Part shown: positions 28,217 to 38,818 of the stretch, piece by piece
Layout: each line of letters begins with the position of its first letter
Position numbering within the stretch: position 1 is the stretch's first letter
Assembly: GCA_965248055.1 (NCBI GenBank)
Contig: CBDFIJ010000004.1
Location: forward strand, 1,504,001 to 1,568,000
Length of the DNA: 64,000 nt
From: Candidatus Multivoradales bacterium
GTDB taxonomy: Bacteria; Acidobacteriota; Thermoanaerobaculia; Multivoradales; JAHEKO01
Direction of reading: 5' to 3'
Position numbers and translations under genes: made by a program
The notes under the pieces: generated by a model
What the model saw: only the letters and a program-made list of their open reading frames with translations
Told to the model about the DNA's origin: nothing
Database searches by the model: none

Positions 28217-29758
28217 TTACTCGGCCTCCATCGCGTTTTCAGCCGCGGCAATCTTGCCCACCACGTAGTCAACCGGCTTTTCTAAGACGTCAAAGAATGG
28301 CTTGGGATAGAGACCGATCCAGAAGCAAAGCACCACCAGGGGCAGCAAATAACCCAGTTCGCGGCGACTCAAATCCAACAGACCTTCATTTTCTGGCTTG
28401 TCGATCGGCCCAAAAAACACCCGCTGGAACATCCACAACATGTACGCGGCTCCCAGCACAATCCCGGTCGCGGCAATCACTGCCCACCATGGGTTGCGCA
28501 GAAAGGCCCCCAGCAAGATCGCGAACTCGCCGACAAACCCATTGAGCGTCGGCAGCCCGATCGAAGACATGGTGATGATCAGAAAGATCGTCGCGTACAT
28601 CGGCATCACCGAAGAGATCCCGCCGTATTCAGAAATTAAACGAGTGTGGCGACGCTCGTAGAGGATACCCACTAGCAAAAACAAAGCACCGGTGGACAGC
28701 CCGTGGTTGATCATCTGCAGGATTCCGCCGCGCAGCCCGGCCACGTTGAGCGCAAACAGACCGATCATCACGAAACCCATGTGTGACACCGACGAGTACG
28801 CCACCAGCTTCTTCATGTCTTTCTGGGCCATCGCCACCAAGGCACCGTAAACGATACCGATCAGCGCCAACGCGGCGACCCATGGCATCCACCTGAGAGT
28901 TCCGGCGGGGACGATCGGCATCGCAAAACGGACGAACCCGTAGGTTCCCATCTTTAGCAGGACACCGGCCAAAATCACCGAACCAGCAGTCGGGGCCTCA
29001 ACGTGAGCGTCGGGCAGCCAAGTATGAAAAGGAAACATCGGAACCTTGATCGCAAAGCCGATGAACAAAGCCAGAAAGATCCAGCTCTGGAGACCGAACG
29101 GAATCAGGGCTCCGATCTCGTGGAATTTCAGTACCGAGAAAGTCGGGTCGTTACCTAGGCCTTCGACTCCCAGAAATCCACCAGCGTTGAAGAAATAGAG
29201 CGCCAGGATACCGAGCAACATCAACACCGAACCAAACAGCGTATAGAGGAAAAACTTGATCGCAGCGTAGCGTCTGCGGGCGCCACCCCAGATACCAATG
29301 ATGAAGTACATCGGCACCAACATCACTTCCCAGAAGACGTAGAACAGGAACAAATCCAGGGCCATAAAGGTGCCCAGCATGCCGGTCTGCAGCAGTAGCA
29401 GCCAGATGTAGTACTCCTTCTTGCGCTCGCTGATCGAAGACCACGAGGCGACGAACGCTAAGACCCCCAAAATGGTAGTCATCAGAATTAGCAGCAAGGC
29501 CATCCCGTCGATGCCAAATTCAAACCGAGCGCCAATGGTCGGAATCCAAGCCAAACTCTCGCGAAACTGAAACAACTCTCCCGAGCGCTCAAACGAAAAC
29601 CACAGCGGCAGAGCCACAACCATGTCGATGACGGCGACCCCAGTGGCAAACTTACGCACGGTCTCGCCATCGCGAAGGAATAAGCAGATCAGCGCCCCGA
29701 CCAAGGGCAAGAAACAGATCAAGCTGAGAATTGGTATCTGGTGTGTCCAGTCGAACAT
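28217..29758 (-). CDS. nuoM: NADH-quinone oxidoreductase subunit M
   Basis: FYVFWEVML, IKVPMFPFHTWLPDAHVEAP, LLKMGTYG. Confidence 0.95.
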   Translation of the reverse strand: MFDWTHQIPILSLICFLPLVGALICLFLRDGETVRKFATGVAVIDMVVALPLWFSFERSGELFQFRESLAWIPTIGARFEFGIDGMALLLILMTTILGVLAFVASWSSISERKKEYYIWLLLLQTGMLGTFMALDLFLFYVFWEVMLVPMYFIIGIWGGARRRYAAIKFFLYTLFGSVLMLLGILALYFFNAGGFLGVEGLGNDPTFSVLKFHEIGALIPFGLQSWIFLALFIGFAIKVPMFPFHTWLPDAHVEAPTAGSVILAGVLLKMGTYGFVRFAMPIVPAGTLRWMPWVAALALIGIVYGALVAMAQKDMKKLVAYSSVSHMGFVMIGLFALNVAGLRGGILQMINHGLSTGALFLLVGILYERRHTRLISEYGGISSVMPMYATIFLIITMSSIGLPTLNGFVGEFAILLGAFLRNPWWAVIAATGIVLGAAYMLWMFQRVFFGPIDKPENEGLLDLSRRELGYLLPLVVLCFWIGLYPKPFFDVLEKPVDYVVGKIAAAENAMEAE

Positions 29759-29771
29759 GGTTACCTCTGCG

Positions 29772-31853
29772 TTACCGCCACAAGTACAAGCTGCTCAAAA
29801 TGAGTGCAAAGAGTCCGATCGCGATCGTCAACGCGTATTGCGAAACGCTTCCGGTTTGGAGTCCACGAAAAGCCTTGGAGCCTTGCTTCGATATCCAGCC
29901 AGAAAAATTAACCAAGCCGTCCACCACATAGCGATCAAGAAACCCGGACAACAAGGAAATCGCAACCGTCACGTGCCGGGTGCCATTGACCAAGATTCCG
30001 TCGATCACCCCATGGTCAAAGCGAAATAACCCTTGGGCCAAGGCCTTGGTTCCTCGAACTACGGTCGCGTCGTACAACTCATCGACAAAATATTTACCCA
30101 AAAACAAACGGTGAAGAGCCGGGAACCGTTGCGCCAACGCCTCGCCACCCGACAAACCCTTGTCGCCGCCGTAGGTTCGCCTAGCGAACCAAATTCCGGT
30201 CACTGCTACCACCACAGAGAGCACCAGTAGACCCCATTCGAGACTCAAAGACAGATGCTGGCCGTGTTCCTCGCCGTGGCCAACGTGAGCGATCACCGGA
30301 GACAAAAAGGAATCGATCCAGTTGCCGCCATTCCAAAAAGGCAAGCCCCAGAACTTGGGCATCCCCAGAAAACCAGCCACCACCGCACCAACCGCCAGAA
30401 TACGCAGCGGCCAGGTCATCACCGAGGGTGATTCATGCAAATGGTGCTCTTGGTCTTCGCTACCCCGAAACTCGCCGAAGAAGGTCATCCAGACAGCTCG
30501 GGACATATAAAACGCAGTTAGGCCGGCGGTGATCAGCCCGACGACCCAAAGTAGTGTCCAACCACCTTCAAAGGTCGACGCCAAAATCTGGTCCTTGGAG
30601 AAAAACCCCGCCAATGGCGGAATTCCTGCGATCGCCAGGGTGCCGATGGTGAAAGTCGTAAAAGTAGCGGGCATCCACTTACGCAAACCGCCCATCTTCC
30701 GCATGTCTTGCTCGCCGCCCATGGCGTGAATCACCGACCCAGAACCCAGAAACAGCAGCGCCTTGAAAAAGGCGTGGGTTCCGAGATGAAAGATCGCGGC
30801 ACTGTAGGCACCGACTCCGGCCGCCAAGAACATGTAACCCAACTGGGAAACCGTCGAGTACGCTAGCACTTTCTTGATGTCGGTCTGTGCCAAGGCGATA
30901 GTGGCGGCAAAGATCGCGGTCAGACAACCGACCACGGCAACAATCGCCGAGGTACTCGGCGCCAACTGGTACAGGGCGTTGGAACGCACCACCATGTAGA
31001 CACCGGCGGTGACCATGGTGGCGGCGTGGATCAACGCCGAGACCGGCGTCGGACCGGCCATGGCGTCGGGCAGCCAGACGTAAAGCGGAATCTGCGCGCT
31101 CTTACCGGTGGCGCCGATGAACAAACACAAAGTGACAAAACCGGCAAACGACATCCCCAACAGATAGTCGCCGGTGACCATCGCCGGATTGGCTTCGATG
31201 GCGTGGAAGATCTTGGCGAAGTTGAGGGTGCCAAACTTAGACACCAGGGCAAGCAACGCGATGATGAAGGCAAAGTCACCGATCCGATTGACCAAAAACG
31301 CCTTGCGACCGGCGAACGGGGGAAACTCTTCCTTGAAGTAGAACCCGATCAACAGATACGAACACAGCCCCACTCCCTCCCAACCGACAAACATCACCAA
31401 GTAGTTGCTGCCCAGAACCAGCAGCAGCATCGCCCCCATGAACAAGTTGAGATAGGTGAAATAACGCTGGTAGCCGTCCTCGTGCGACATGTAGCCAATC
31501 GAGTAGACGTGAATCCAGAATCCAACAAAAGTGACCACGAACAACATCACCGCCGACAACGGATCGAGCCGGAAACCGGCGTCAATCGTTACCTTCGCAG
31601 TTCCATCGGCGACCGGGTTGTCGCCAGCCTGAATCCACGAGTAGACGACCTGTTCGTAGGGTTTACCAGCGGCGTACTCCGCGCTTCCCAAGTAGCCACC
31701 AATCGCCATCACCGCCAGCAATGTGGTCAAGCCAATCGATCCGACAGCAATCACATTGACCGCCGACTTGCCGACGCGGCCTCTCAAGAAGACGCCATTG
31801 AGCAGCGCCGCAAACAGCGGCAGGCAAGGGATGATCCAGAGTAGATTCAGCAT
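29772..31853 (-). CDS. nuoL: NADH-quinone oxidoreductase subunit L
   Basis: GWEGVGLCSYLLIGF, GKSAQIPLYVWLPDAMAGPTPVSALIHAATMV. Confidence 0.95.
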   Translation of the reverse strand: MLNLLWIIPCLPLFAALLNGVFLRGRVGKSAVNVIAVGSIGLTTLLAVMAIGGYLGSAEYAAGKPYEQVVYSWIQAGDNPVADGTAKVTIDAGFRLDPLSAVMLFVVTFVGFWIHVYSIGYMSHEDGYQRYFTYLNLFMGAMLLLVLGSNYLVMFVGWEGVGLCSYLLIGFYFKEEFPPFAGRKAFLVNRIGDFAFIIALLALVSKFGTLNFAKIFHAIEANPAMVTGDYLLGMSFAGFVTLCLFIGATGKSAQIPLYVWLPDAMAGPTPVSALIHAATMVTAGVYMVVRSNALYQLAPSTSAIVAVVGCLTAIFAATIALAQTDIKKVLAYSTVSQLGYMFLAAGVGAYSAAIFHLGTHAFFKALLFLGSGSVIHAMGGEQDMRKMGGLRKWMPATFTTFTIGTLAIAGIPPLAGFFSKDQILASTFEGGWTLLWVVGLITAGLTAFYMSRAVWMTFFGEFRGSEDQEHHLHESPSVMTWPLRILAVGAVVAGFLGMPKFWGLPFWNGGNWIDSFLSPVIAHVGHGEEHGQHLSLSLEWGLLVLSVVVAVTGIWFARRTYGGDKGLSGGEALAQRFPALHRLFLGKYFVDELYDATVVRGTKALAQGLFRFDHGVIDGILVNGTRHVTVAISLLSGFLDRYVVDGLVNFSGWISKQGSKAFRGLQTGSVSQYALTIAIGLFALILSSLYLWR

Positions 31854-31856
31854 CGC

Positions 31857-32165
31857 CTAGCCTTTGAGCTCCTGAGCCAAGTCGACCTCGGCACCGCCGT
31901 GCAAGCGAAACAGCGCCACCAAAATCCCCAGCCCTACCGCCGCTTCTCCGGCAGCAACCGTAATGGTGAAGATGGTAAACACCTGCCCCAGCAGGTCCCC
32001 CGCTTGGTAGGAAAAAGCAACCAGATTGATGTTGACCGCGTTGAGCAACAACTCGATCGACATCAGGACCGTGATCATGTTGCGACGAAACAACACTCCG
32101 AACATGCCGATAGCAAACAGCACCAAGCTGAGGATCAGGTAGTGATGAGTTCCAATGCTCTCCAC
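31857..32165 (-). CDS. nuoK: NADH-quinone oxidoreductase subunit K
   Basis: [26 protein letters not shown]. Confidence 0.95.
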   Translation of the reverse strand: MESIGTHHYLILSLVLFAIGMFGVLFRRNMITVLMSIELLLNAVNINLVAFSYQAGDLLGQVFTIFTITVAAGEAAVGLGILVALFRLHGGAEVDLAQELKG

Positions 32166-32167
32166 AA

Positions 32168-32686
32168 CTACTCCTTGTGCGCCAGAACCACTGCGCCGAT
32201 CATCGCTACCAACAAGAATAGCGAGGCGATTTCAAAAGGCAGCAGGAATTCTCGATAGAGCGACCAGGCGACCGCCTGGGGATTGCCCAAGGCCTCGCCC
32301 TCGACCTGGACCAAGGCCGCCGTATCGGCGACTTGACCAAAATCCGTGGTTAGCAAAACACCACCCAGCATCACCACCACTCCGGCGATGATCAAAGTAC
32401 CGACAACCACCGATCGTTGATAGCGACGAACCTCGCGCAAATCTTCAAAGCGCACCAACATGATGACAAACAGAAACAACACCATGATTCCGCCGCCGTA
32501 GACGAACAGCTGCACCACGGCGACAAAACCGGCGTAGCGCAGCAGAAACAATACCGCGACCGCAGCAAAGGTGGTCAGCAGGCACAGCGCTCCGTACATC
32601 GGATTGCGCAAGGTAACCACGCCAAGAGCCCCGGCGACGGCGATCACCGCGCAGATCAGGAAAAGAATCATGCCGCCGTCGATCAC
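32168..32686 (-). CDS. nuoJ: NADH-quinone oxidoreductase subunit J
   Basis: [29 protein letters not shown] start at 32686 with an AGGAGG Shine-Dalgarno overlaps the nuoI stop. Confidence 0.93.
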   Translation of the reverse strand: MIDGGMILFLICAVIAVAGALGVVTLRNPMYGALCLLTTFAAVAVLFLLRYAGFVAVVQLFVYGGGIMVLFLFVIMLVRFEDLREVRRYQRSVVVGTLIIAGVVVMLGGVLLTTDFGQVADTAALVQVEGEALGNPQAVAWSLYREFLLPFEIASLFLLVAMIGAVVLAHKE

Positions 32687-33192
32687 GACACCTCCTGATC
32701 GGTGTATTCCGGGCGCACTCGCCACTCTTGCAACTCGTCCATATCGACATAGAGGTTCGACCAACGGTCGTAAGAAGCCAATTCGTAAGTCTTGGAAGTC
32801 AGCCAAATCGACTTGGGGTTAGTCGGGCAGCCTTCTTCGCACAGGCCACAAAACATGCAGCGCTGAATGTCGATGTCGAAACGGTCGAGCACCTTCTCTT
32901 TTTTGCTGGTCTCTTCGTTGACCTCTTGATGCCAATCGATATAAATGATGTCAATCGGGCAATCACGCGCACAGATGGTGCATTTGATACACCGGTCCTC
33001 GTCGAGCCGGAACATGCCGCGAAAGCGATGGGCGGGCTCGGAGCGAGCCTCCGGATATTGGATCGTCTCTTTTTTGTGAAACAGGTGACGGAAGGTGATG
33101 CCCAGGCCTGCGAACAGGTCCAAGAGCATGAATTTGTCTGCCCAACGACGCAAGCTCACAGTGCTTTCCCCATCACGTACCGTCCCCATCAC
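32683..33192 (-). CDS. nuoI: NADH-quinone oxidoreductase subunit I
   Basis: TIQYPE, RFRG, CIKCTICARDCP and CMFCGLCEEGCP 4Fe-4S motifs. Start approximate. Confidence 0.93.
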   Translation of the reverse strand: MMGTVRDGESTVSLRRWADKFMLLDLFAGLGITFRHLFHKKETIQYPEARSEPAHRFRGMFRLDEDRCIKCTICARDCPIDIIYIDWHQEVNEETSKKEKVLDRFDIDIQRCMFCGLCEEGCPTNPKSIWLTSKTYELASYDRWSNLYVDMDELQEWRVRPEYTDQEVS

Positions 33193-33205
33193 AGTGTTTT
33201 CCCAA

Positions 33206-34276
33206 TCACAGTGCCTTCCCAATCAACAAAACCTTCACCAAACCAGTCAACAGCACCAACGCCATCGACATTGGGATCAGCCACTTCCAGCCCAAGTCCA
33301 TCAGTTGATCAAAACGGTAGCGGGGAAAGGTTCCGCGAAACCAGATGTAGACGAACAAGAAGCCAAACACCTTGAGCGAAAACCAAATCAACCCCACCAC
33401 GCCAGCAGGCAAGAAGCCAAAGTCGAGAAACGACAGCGCCTCGATATTGGGAAACGGCCGATGCCAACCCCCCAGAAATAAGGTCACAGCGACCGAGGAG
33501 ATGGCGATCATGTTGGCGTACTCGCCGAGGAAAAACAGGGCGAAACGCATCCCCGAATACTCGGTGTGAAACCCAGCGACCAACTCGGACTCCGCTTCCG
33601 GCAAGTCAAACGGGTTGCGGTTGCTCTCTGCCACTCCAGCAACGAAGTAGATAAAGAACGCGATCAAACCGAGTGGGAAAAACGCAAAGACGAACCACCG
33701 CCCGCTCTCAAATTGATGCTCGACGATACCGGTCAACGACATGGTCCCCGCCAAAAGCACCGGCACCACCAAGGAGAATCCTTGCGGAATCTCGTAAGCG
33801 ATCATTTGCGCTGCCGAACGCAGACCACCGAGCAGCGAGAACTTACTGTTAGACGCCCAACCACCGAGAATAATGCCGTAGACCCCCAAAGTGGCGAAGG
33901 CCACCACCAGCAGCAGAGCCACATTGACGTCGGCGACGAAAAAATCGATCGCCCCGCCAGTGTGTTCCGCCGAGGGACCAAAGGGAATCACCGAATAGAT
34001 CAAGAATGCTGGGCCAACCACCAAGCACGGGGCGAGAATAAACGCCCAGCGCACCGCTTTGGTCGGCACAATGTCTTCTTTGGCCAGCAGCTTGACGACG
34101 TCGGCAATCGGCTGCAGTAGACCCCATGGGCCAACCCGATTGGGACCAGTGCGGACCTGCAGGAAGCCAAGGATCTTGCGCTCAGCCAATACCAGGTAGG
34201 TGATCAACGGCAAGATCCCCAAGAACAACAGCGCGGCGATCTTGATCGCGGCAATCAGCATCGGGTTCTGGATCAT
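33206..34276 (-). CDS. nuoH: NADH-quinone oxidoreductase subunit H
   Basis: ERKILG..Q.R.GPNRVGPWGLLQPIAD, PFDLPEAESELVAGFHTEYSG. ATG 34276 overlaps the nuoD stop. Confidence 0.95.
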   Translation of the reverse strand: MIQNPMLIAAIKIAALLFLGILPLITYLVLAERKILGFLQVRTGPNRVGPWGLLQPIADVVKLLAKEDIVPTKAVRWAFILAPCLVVGPAFLIYSVIPFGPSAEHTGGAIDFFVADVNVALLLVVAFATLGVYGIILGGWASNSKFSLLGGLRSAAQMIAYEIPQGFSLVVPVLLAGTMSLTGIVEHQFESGRWFVFAFFPLGLIAFFIYFVAGVAESNRNPFDLPEAESELVAGFHTEYSGMRFALFFLGEYANMIAISSVAVTLFLGGWHRPFPNIEALSFLDFGFLPAGVVGLIWFSLKVFGFLFVYIWFRGTFPRYRFDQLMDLGWKWLIPMSMALVLLTGLVKVLLIGKAL

Positions 34277-35403
34277 CGATCCACCTCCCCGAGCACGATG
34301 TCGGTGGTGCCAATGATCGCCACCAAGTCCGCCAGCAAATGCCCTTCGACCAGGTCCGGCAGACACTGAAGATTGATAAACGACGGTGCGCGCACGTGGC
34401 AGCGATGTGGCTGCGGTGTGCCGTCACCGACGATGTAGAAACCAATCTCTCCCTTGGGCCCTTCGATCGAGTAGTAGACCTCACTGTCTTTGGGCGCCTT
34501 GAGCACGCGCGGCTTCTTACAATCGATCGGCCCGTCCGGCAGGGCGTCGAGACACTGAATAACAATCGAGTTCGACTGGCGCATCTCTTCCATACGCACC
34601 AAATAGCGAGCGTAGGTGTCGCCCTCGTCGCGCACCGGGACCTCAAACTCAACCTCGTCGTAGGCGGCGTAGGGCATCTCCTTGCGCAAATCCCACGCGA
34701 CGCCCGATCCGCGCAGCATCGGCCCGGTCAGGGCATAGTCAATCGCCAGCTCTTTGGAGATCACGCCCACTCCCACCGTACGCTGTTTCCAAATGCGGTT
34801 GTTAGTGAGTAAACCTTCATATTCGTCGACCTTGGCCGGGAAGCCATCGACGAACTTCCGGCAGCGATCGACCCAACCCACCGGCAAGTCGTACGGCATG
34901 CCACCAGGGCGCATGCAGTTAAGCGTCAGACGCGCTCCGCAGTACTCTTCAAACAGGTCGAGAATGACTTCCCGTTCCCGGAAGCAGTAGAAAAACGGCG
35001 TCATCGCACCGATATCAATCGCGTGAGTTGCCAACCACAGCAAGTGGCTGGAGATCCGCTGGAGCTCACAAAGAATGGTGCGCATGTACTGCGCCCGCGG
35101 AGTCGGAGTCAGCCCCAGCAGCTTCTCCACCGCACCGACGTAAGCCAGATTGTTGGTCGCCGCGGCAACATAATCCATACGGTCGGTGTGGGGTACATTC
35201 TGAAAGAACGGGTTCAACTCGAAGAGCTTCTCGGTGCCTCGGTGTAAGTAGCCGATCACCGGATAGCAGTCGATCACGCGTTCGCCATCGACCTTGAGCT
35301 TGAGGCGCAACACCCCGTGGGTGGACGGATGCTGAGGACCGAAGTTGAGGTCCATCTCCTGCACATCAAAGAGATGATCGGTCATCGTCTGATCGTTGGT
35401 CAC
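34273..35403 (-). CDS. nuoD: NADH-quinone oxidoreductase subunit D
   Basis: NFGPQHPSTHGVLRL, GYLHRGTEK, DRMDY, C-terminal GEVDR. Confidence 0.96.
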   Translation of the reverse strand: MTNDQTMTDHLFDVQEMDLNFGPQHPSTHGVLRLKLKVDGERVIDCYPVIGYLHRGTEKLFELNPFFQNVPHTDRMDYVAAATNNLAYVGAVEKLLGLTPTPRAQYMRTILCELQRISSHLLWLATHAIDIGAMTPFFYCFREREVILDLFEEYCGARLTLNCMRPGGMPYDLPVGWVDRCRKFVDGFPAKVDEYEGLLTNNRIWKQRTVGVGVISKELAIDYALTGPMLRGSGVAWDLRKEMPYAAYDEVEFEVPVRDEGDTYARYLVRMEEMRQSNSIVIQCLDALPDGPIDCKKPRVLKAPKDSEVYYSIEGPKGEIGFYIVGDGTPQPHRCHVRAPSFINLQCLPDLVEGHLLADLVAIIGTTDIVLGEVDR

Positions 35404-35405
35404 CG

Positions 35406-36125
35406 CTAGCTCTCCGTTCCCTCAGCCGCGTCTTCTTTAGATTCTGGCTCTAGAGGCTGCGGCGGCTTCCAGCCGGTCCCGGTACCCGCCACCGGACCAG
35501 CTTCGTTCAGGTAGTACTCAGGGTAAGCAGCCGCGCCGGTATCAATCCCTTCCACCGGGAAGTCCTTGCGCAGTGGGTAACCGTTGAAACCCTCCCAGGT
35601 GAGAATACGGGTCATATCCGGGTGGTCAGTAAAACGGATGCCGTACATGTCAAAGGCTTCCCGTTCCATCCAGTTGGCGGCGCGCCATACCGACGACACA
35701 GTCGGCACTTCGTTGCCATCGGCCACTAACACTTTCAGTTGAATGCGGCGATTCTGATCAAAGCTGTAGAGGTGGTAGACGACCTCGAAACGAACCTCTC
35801 GATCCGGATAGTCGACCCCACAGAGATCCACCAGCATGATGAAGCCCTGCTGCTTGAGTTCAGTGCAAACCTCGGCGATCTTGTCGCTGACGATCTCCAC
35901 CACCAAATCCCCGGCGAAGGTTCTCGCTTGGACGATCGCGCCTTGGTGTCCCGATAGGCCCTCGACCAATGGGTCGGTGCCCGCTTCCTGCCATTCCGGG
36001 GTAGCTGGATTCGAGAGCCAGGGCGGCTTTTCTTCGACCGGAGGCGGCGCAGAGGCCTCGGTGGAAGCTTCCACCGGCTTATGTTCAGGAGTCTGGGGTT
36101 GTTCGTCGCTCACCGGGTGGTCCAC
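35406..36125 (-). CDS. nuoC: NADH-quinone oxidoreductase subunit C
   Basis: DLCGVDYP, RFEVVYHL, ANWMEREAFDMYGI, PLRKDFP. Start uncertain. Confidence 0.93.
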   Translation of the reverse strand: MDHPVSDEQPQTPEHKPVEASTEASAPPPVEEKPPWLSNPATPEWQEAGTDPLVEGLSGHQGAIVQARTFAGDLVVEIVSDKIAEVCTELKQQGFIMLVDLCGVDYPDREVRFEVVYHLYSFDQNRRIQLKVLVADGNEVPTVSSVWRAANWMEREAFDMYGIRFTDHPDMTRILTWEGFNGYPLRKDFPVEGIDTGAAAYPEYYLNEAGPVAGTGTGWKPPQPLEPESKEDAAEGTES

Positions 36126-36713
36126 CTAGGGCTGGTTCCTTTGTTGGGATTCGGCGATCACCGTCTGGCCGATCGCCAGCCCCTCGGGTGCCACTTCTGC
36201 CGACTGGTCTTTGAGAGACAGATCCTTGACGGACATGCGATCGATCTTGCGCTGCAAGTGCAACAGACCCCAGAGCAGCGCTTCTGGCCGCGGCGGGCAA
36301 CCCGGCACGTATACATCGACCGGAATCACTCGATCCACGCCCTGAGTAACCGCGTAGGTCCGGTAAGGGCCACCACAGGTAGCGCACGCTCCCATGGCAA
36401 TTGCCCACTTTGGCTCCGGCATCTGATCCCACAGGCGGCGGACGATCGGAGCCATCTTCTCGGTCACCGTTCCGGCGACAATCATCAAATCACTCTGCCG
36501 CGGACTGGCGCGAAAGACTTCCGCCCCGAATCGCGACATGTCATGCCGCGGGTCGAGAACCGCCATCATCTCAATCGCACAACAGGCCAGGCCAAACTGC
36601 ATCGGCCAAATCGCCGAACGCCGCGCCCAGTTAAAGACCGCGTCGTACTTGGTGGTGATGATGTCTGGAGTATTCGGTCCAATTAGGCCCAATTGAGTGC
36701 CCCTCTGCGCCAA
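36126..36713 (-). CDS. nuoB: NADH-quinone oxidoreductase subunit B
   Basis: [33 protein letters not shown]. Confidence 0.96.
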   Translation of the reverse strand: MAQRGTQLGLIGPNTPDIITTKYDAVFNWARRSAIWPMQFGLACCAIEMMAVLDPRHDMSRFGAEVFRASPRQSDLMIVAGTVTEKMAPIVRRLWDQMPEPKWAIAMGACATCGGPYRTYAVTQGVDRVIPVDVYVPGCPPRPEALLWGLLHLQRKIDRMSVKDLSLKDQSAEVAPEGLAIGQTVIAESQQRNQP

Positions 36714-37039
36714 ACGTAAACGTATCCAACAATCAAGATGGTCAGAAATACCACCATCTCAATAAACCCAAACAATGCCAAGCGGTCAAACATCACCGCC
36801 CAGGGAAACAAGAATACGGTCTCTACATCGAACACCACAAACAAGACCGCGATCAAGTAGTAGCGGATCGAAAAACGTCGATCATGGGCCAAGCTCTCCA
36901 CTTCGTTGCCACACTCGTAGGCATCCAAGTTGGTTAGCCCGTGGCCGCTGTGACGCAACGCCCAAGCAGCGATCAAGGTCGCGGCAAGGAACAAAATCAC
37001 AACCACGACAAAAACAAGGATTGGTAAATATTCCTGCAT
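36683..37039 (-). CDS. nuoA: NADH-quinone oxidoreductase subunit A
   Basis: [31 protein letters not shown]. Confidence 0.95.
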   Translation of the reverse strand: MQEYLPILVFVVVVILFLAATLIAAWALRHSGHGLTNLDAYECGNEVESLAHDRRFSIRYYLIAVLFVVFDVETVFLFPWAVMFDRLALFGFIEMVVFLTILIVGYVYVWRRGALNWA

Positions 37040-37111
37040 TTGCTAAGTGCTAATCATAAGTCGTTGTGAGCTGGTACCTGACAGCCAGTACTGACAGGCA
37101 GTGCCGGGCGT

Positions 37112-37140
37112 ATTCTCGCCGTGTGGCTAGGGGGTGTCAA
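37112..37140 (-). promoter_or_regulatory. Putative sigma70 promoter of the nuo operon
   Basis: Minus strand TTGACA-N17-GAGAAT, about 70 nt upstream of the nuoA start. Confidence 0.55.
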
Positions 37141-37345
37141 ACATCCGTCAAGGTTACTGAAGCTGACATCGCGGTCAAGACCCAGATCAACGATAATCCG
37201 ATCCTTCGGTGCGAATTTCACGATCCTCCTGTGACGACCCAAGCACCCAGGTCTCGACACCAAAGCCTACGGCAGAACTCGTTGCCGTTATCCGCGCCAA
37301 ACGTGGCTGGCGAAACACTCCCTCTCTGTGTAGCGTATCGGGACT

Positions 37346-38782
37346 ATGCAGGACAATACGGTCTTAGGAGTCGGTTCTGACGCGCTCGCAGCTTCCGAAT
37401 CGATCGACACAGCGCCCTCCGAAGCACCAGCGCCTTCCGAAGCACCCAGTCCGATCGGCTCAGCCGAGCGGATTGTCACTCTCGATGTTCTCCGCGGTAT
37501 CGCGCTACTGGGAATCCTCTTCGTCAATGTAACCGCGATGTCCCAGCCGCTCGATTGGTTCGGCGTCGCCTGGGACAAGCTAGGCCCAATCGACTACGGC
37601 GTCGAACTTCTCAAGCTGTTCTTGGTCCAAGGAAAGTTCTACACCCTCTTTGCATTTTTATTTGGGGTCGGATTCGCGGTTCAGCTCAACCGCGCTGAAG
37701 CCAAAGGGCAGCTTTTTGCGCTCCGTTTCTTATGGCGCATGGTCCTGCTGCTTCTTATTGGTGTCTTCCACGTCGTGGTGTTGTGGCAGGGAGATATCCT
37801 CAACGCTTACGCCATCAGTGGCATGCTTCTTCTGCTTTTCTACGGCATCAAGAGACTTCTGGATCGAGGAGTTCGTAAACTGAGCAAGGGCCGAAGGGAC
37901 AAACTTCCCGGTTGGCTCGCGCTGGTTATGGCAGGGCTGCTGATATTCGGACTGTTTCTTCCCATGGCTGGCTTCTTGGCTTATGGCTTCGAAGTACGAG
38001 AAGCCGCTCTGGCGGGCAATGAACTCACCGAAAGTGAGCATGGCATCTGGGAACAGATGCAAGAGGCAGAGAATCAAATGCAGACTGGAGCGACTTCGAA
38101 CGACCCCGAGAGAGTAGAAGAGCATGCGGCGGACATGGCGATCTTCGCCGACGGCAGGTTTTTCGACACACTCGCTTATCGCGCCAAAAATGTTGGCAAG
38201 AGGGTGTTTGTCGGACCTCTGTGGCTGATTCTCGCCGGCATCTTCATGGTCGGTGCCTACTTCGGTCGCAATAACTTGATCGGTCGAGCCGCCAAACTCA
38301 AAGCTGAGTTTGACAAACTCCTGGTTGCCACCCTGCTGATCGGAATCCCTCTGTCGATCCTGTTCGTCTACGGAACCTGGAGCCAAGCCGACCAGCATTC
38401 CCTTTCGTGGTGGATGGTCCTAAATTTCTTCACCAAGACCGCCTCGGGAATGGCATTGGCGCTGGCGATGGTCGCAGCGGTCGCTCTCTTGATGCAGACA
38501 GGGGCTCGACAATGGCTGCAGCACTTTGCCCCGGCGGGCCGCATGGCACTGTCGAACTATTTGGCCCAGTCGCTGATCGGCACCGCCGTGTTCTACGGCT
38601 GGGGACTGGGGCTGTTAGGCAAACTCACACCGCTTCAGCAGGTTGGTTACATCGTGGTGGTCTTCGGGCTGCAGATGGTGTTCAGCCGCTGGTGGCTGAC
38701 GCACTTTCGCTTTGGACCGCTGGAGTGGCTATGGCGATCGGCGACCTACTGGAAGATCCAACCTCTACGCCGCCACAGCTAG
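37346..38782 (+). CDS. DUF418 (YeiB-like) membrane protein
   Basis: RIVTLDVLRGIALLGIL, GKFYTLFAFLFG, GRMALSNYLAQS, GPLEWLWR. Confidence 0.88.
   Translation: MQDNTVLGVGSDALAASESIDTAPSEAPAPSEAPSPIGSAERIVTLDVLRGIALLGILFVNVTAMSQPLDWFGVAWDKLGPIDYGVELLKLFLVQGKFYTLFAFLFGVGFAVQLNRAEAKGQLFALRFLWRMVLLLLIGVFHVVVLWQGDILNAYAISGMLLLLFYGIKRLLDRGVRKLSKGRRDKLPGWLALVMAGLLIFGLFLPMAGFLAYGFEVREAALAGNELTESEHGIWEQMQEAENQMQTGATSNDPERVEEHAADMAIFADGRFFDTLAYRAKNVGKRVFVGPLWLILAGIFMVGAYFGRNNLIGRAAKLKAEFDKLLVATLLIGIPLSILFVYGTWSQADQHSLSWWMVLNFFTKTASGMALALAMVAAVALLMQTGARQWLQHFAPAGRMALSNYLAQSLIGTAVFYGWGLGLLGKLTPLQQVGYIVVVFGLQMVFSRWWLTHFRFGPLEWLWRSATYWKIQPLRRHS
37411..37446 (+). repeat. 2 x 18-bp in-frame tandem repeat (APSEAP)
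   Basis: AGCGCCCTCCGAAGCACC followed by AGCGCCTTCCGAAGCACC. Confidence 0.85.
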
Positions 38783-38818
38783 CTTGGCGATGCTTGCAAC
38801 GCACATGGCGCGCTTCGA

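Noticed and set aside
31026-34812. Long plus-strand ORFs opposite the nuo genes (similar ones opposite lptD, the porin and the kinase)
   Set aside because: Shadow ORFs expected from high-GC codon bias; no motifs.
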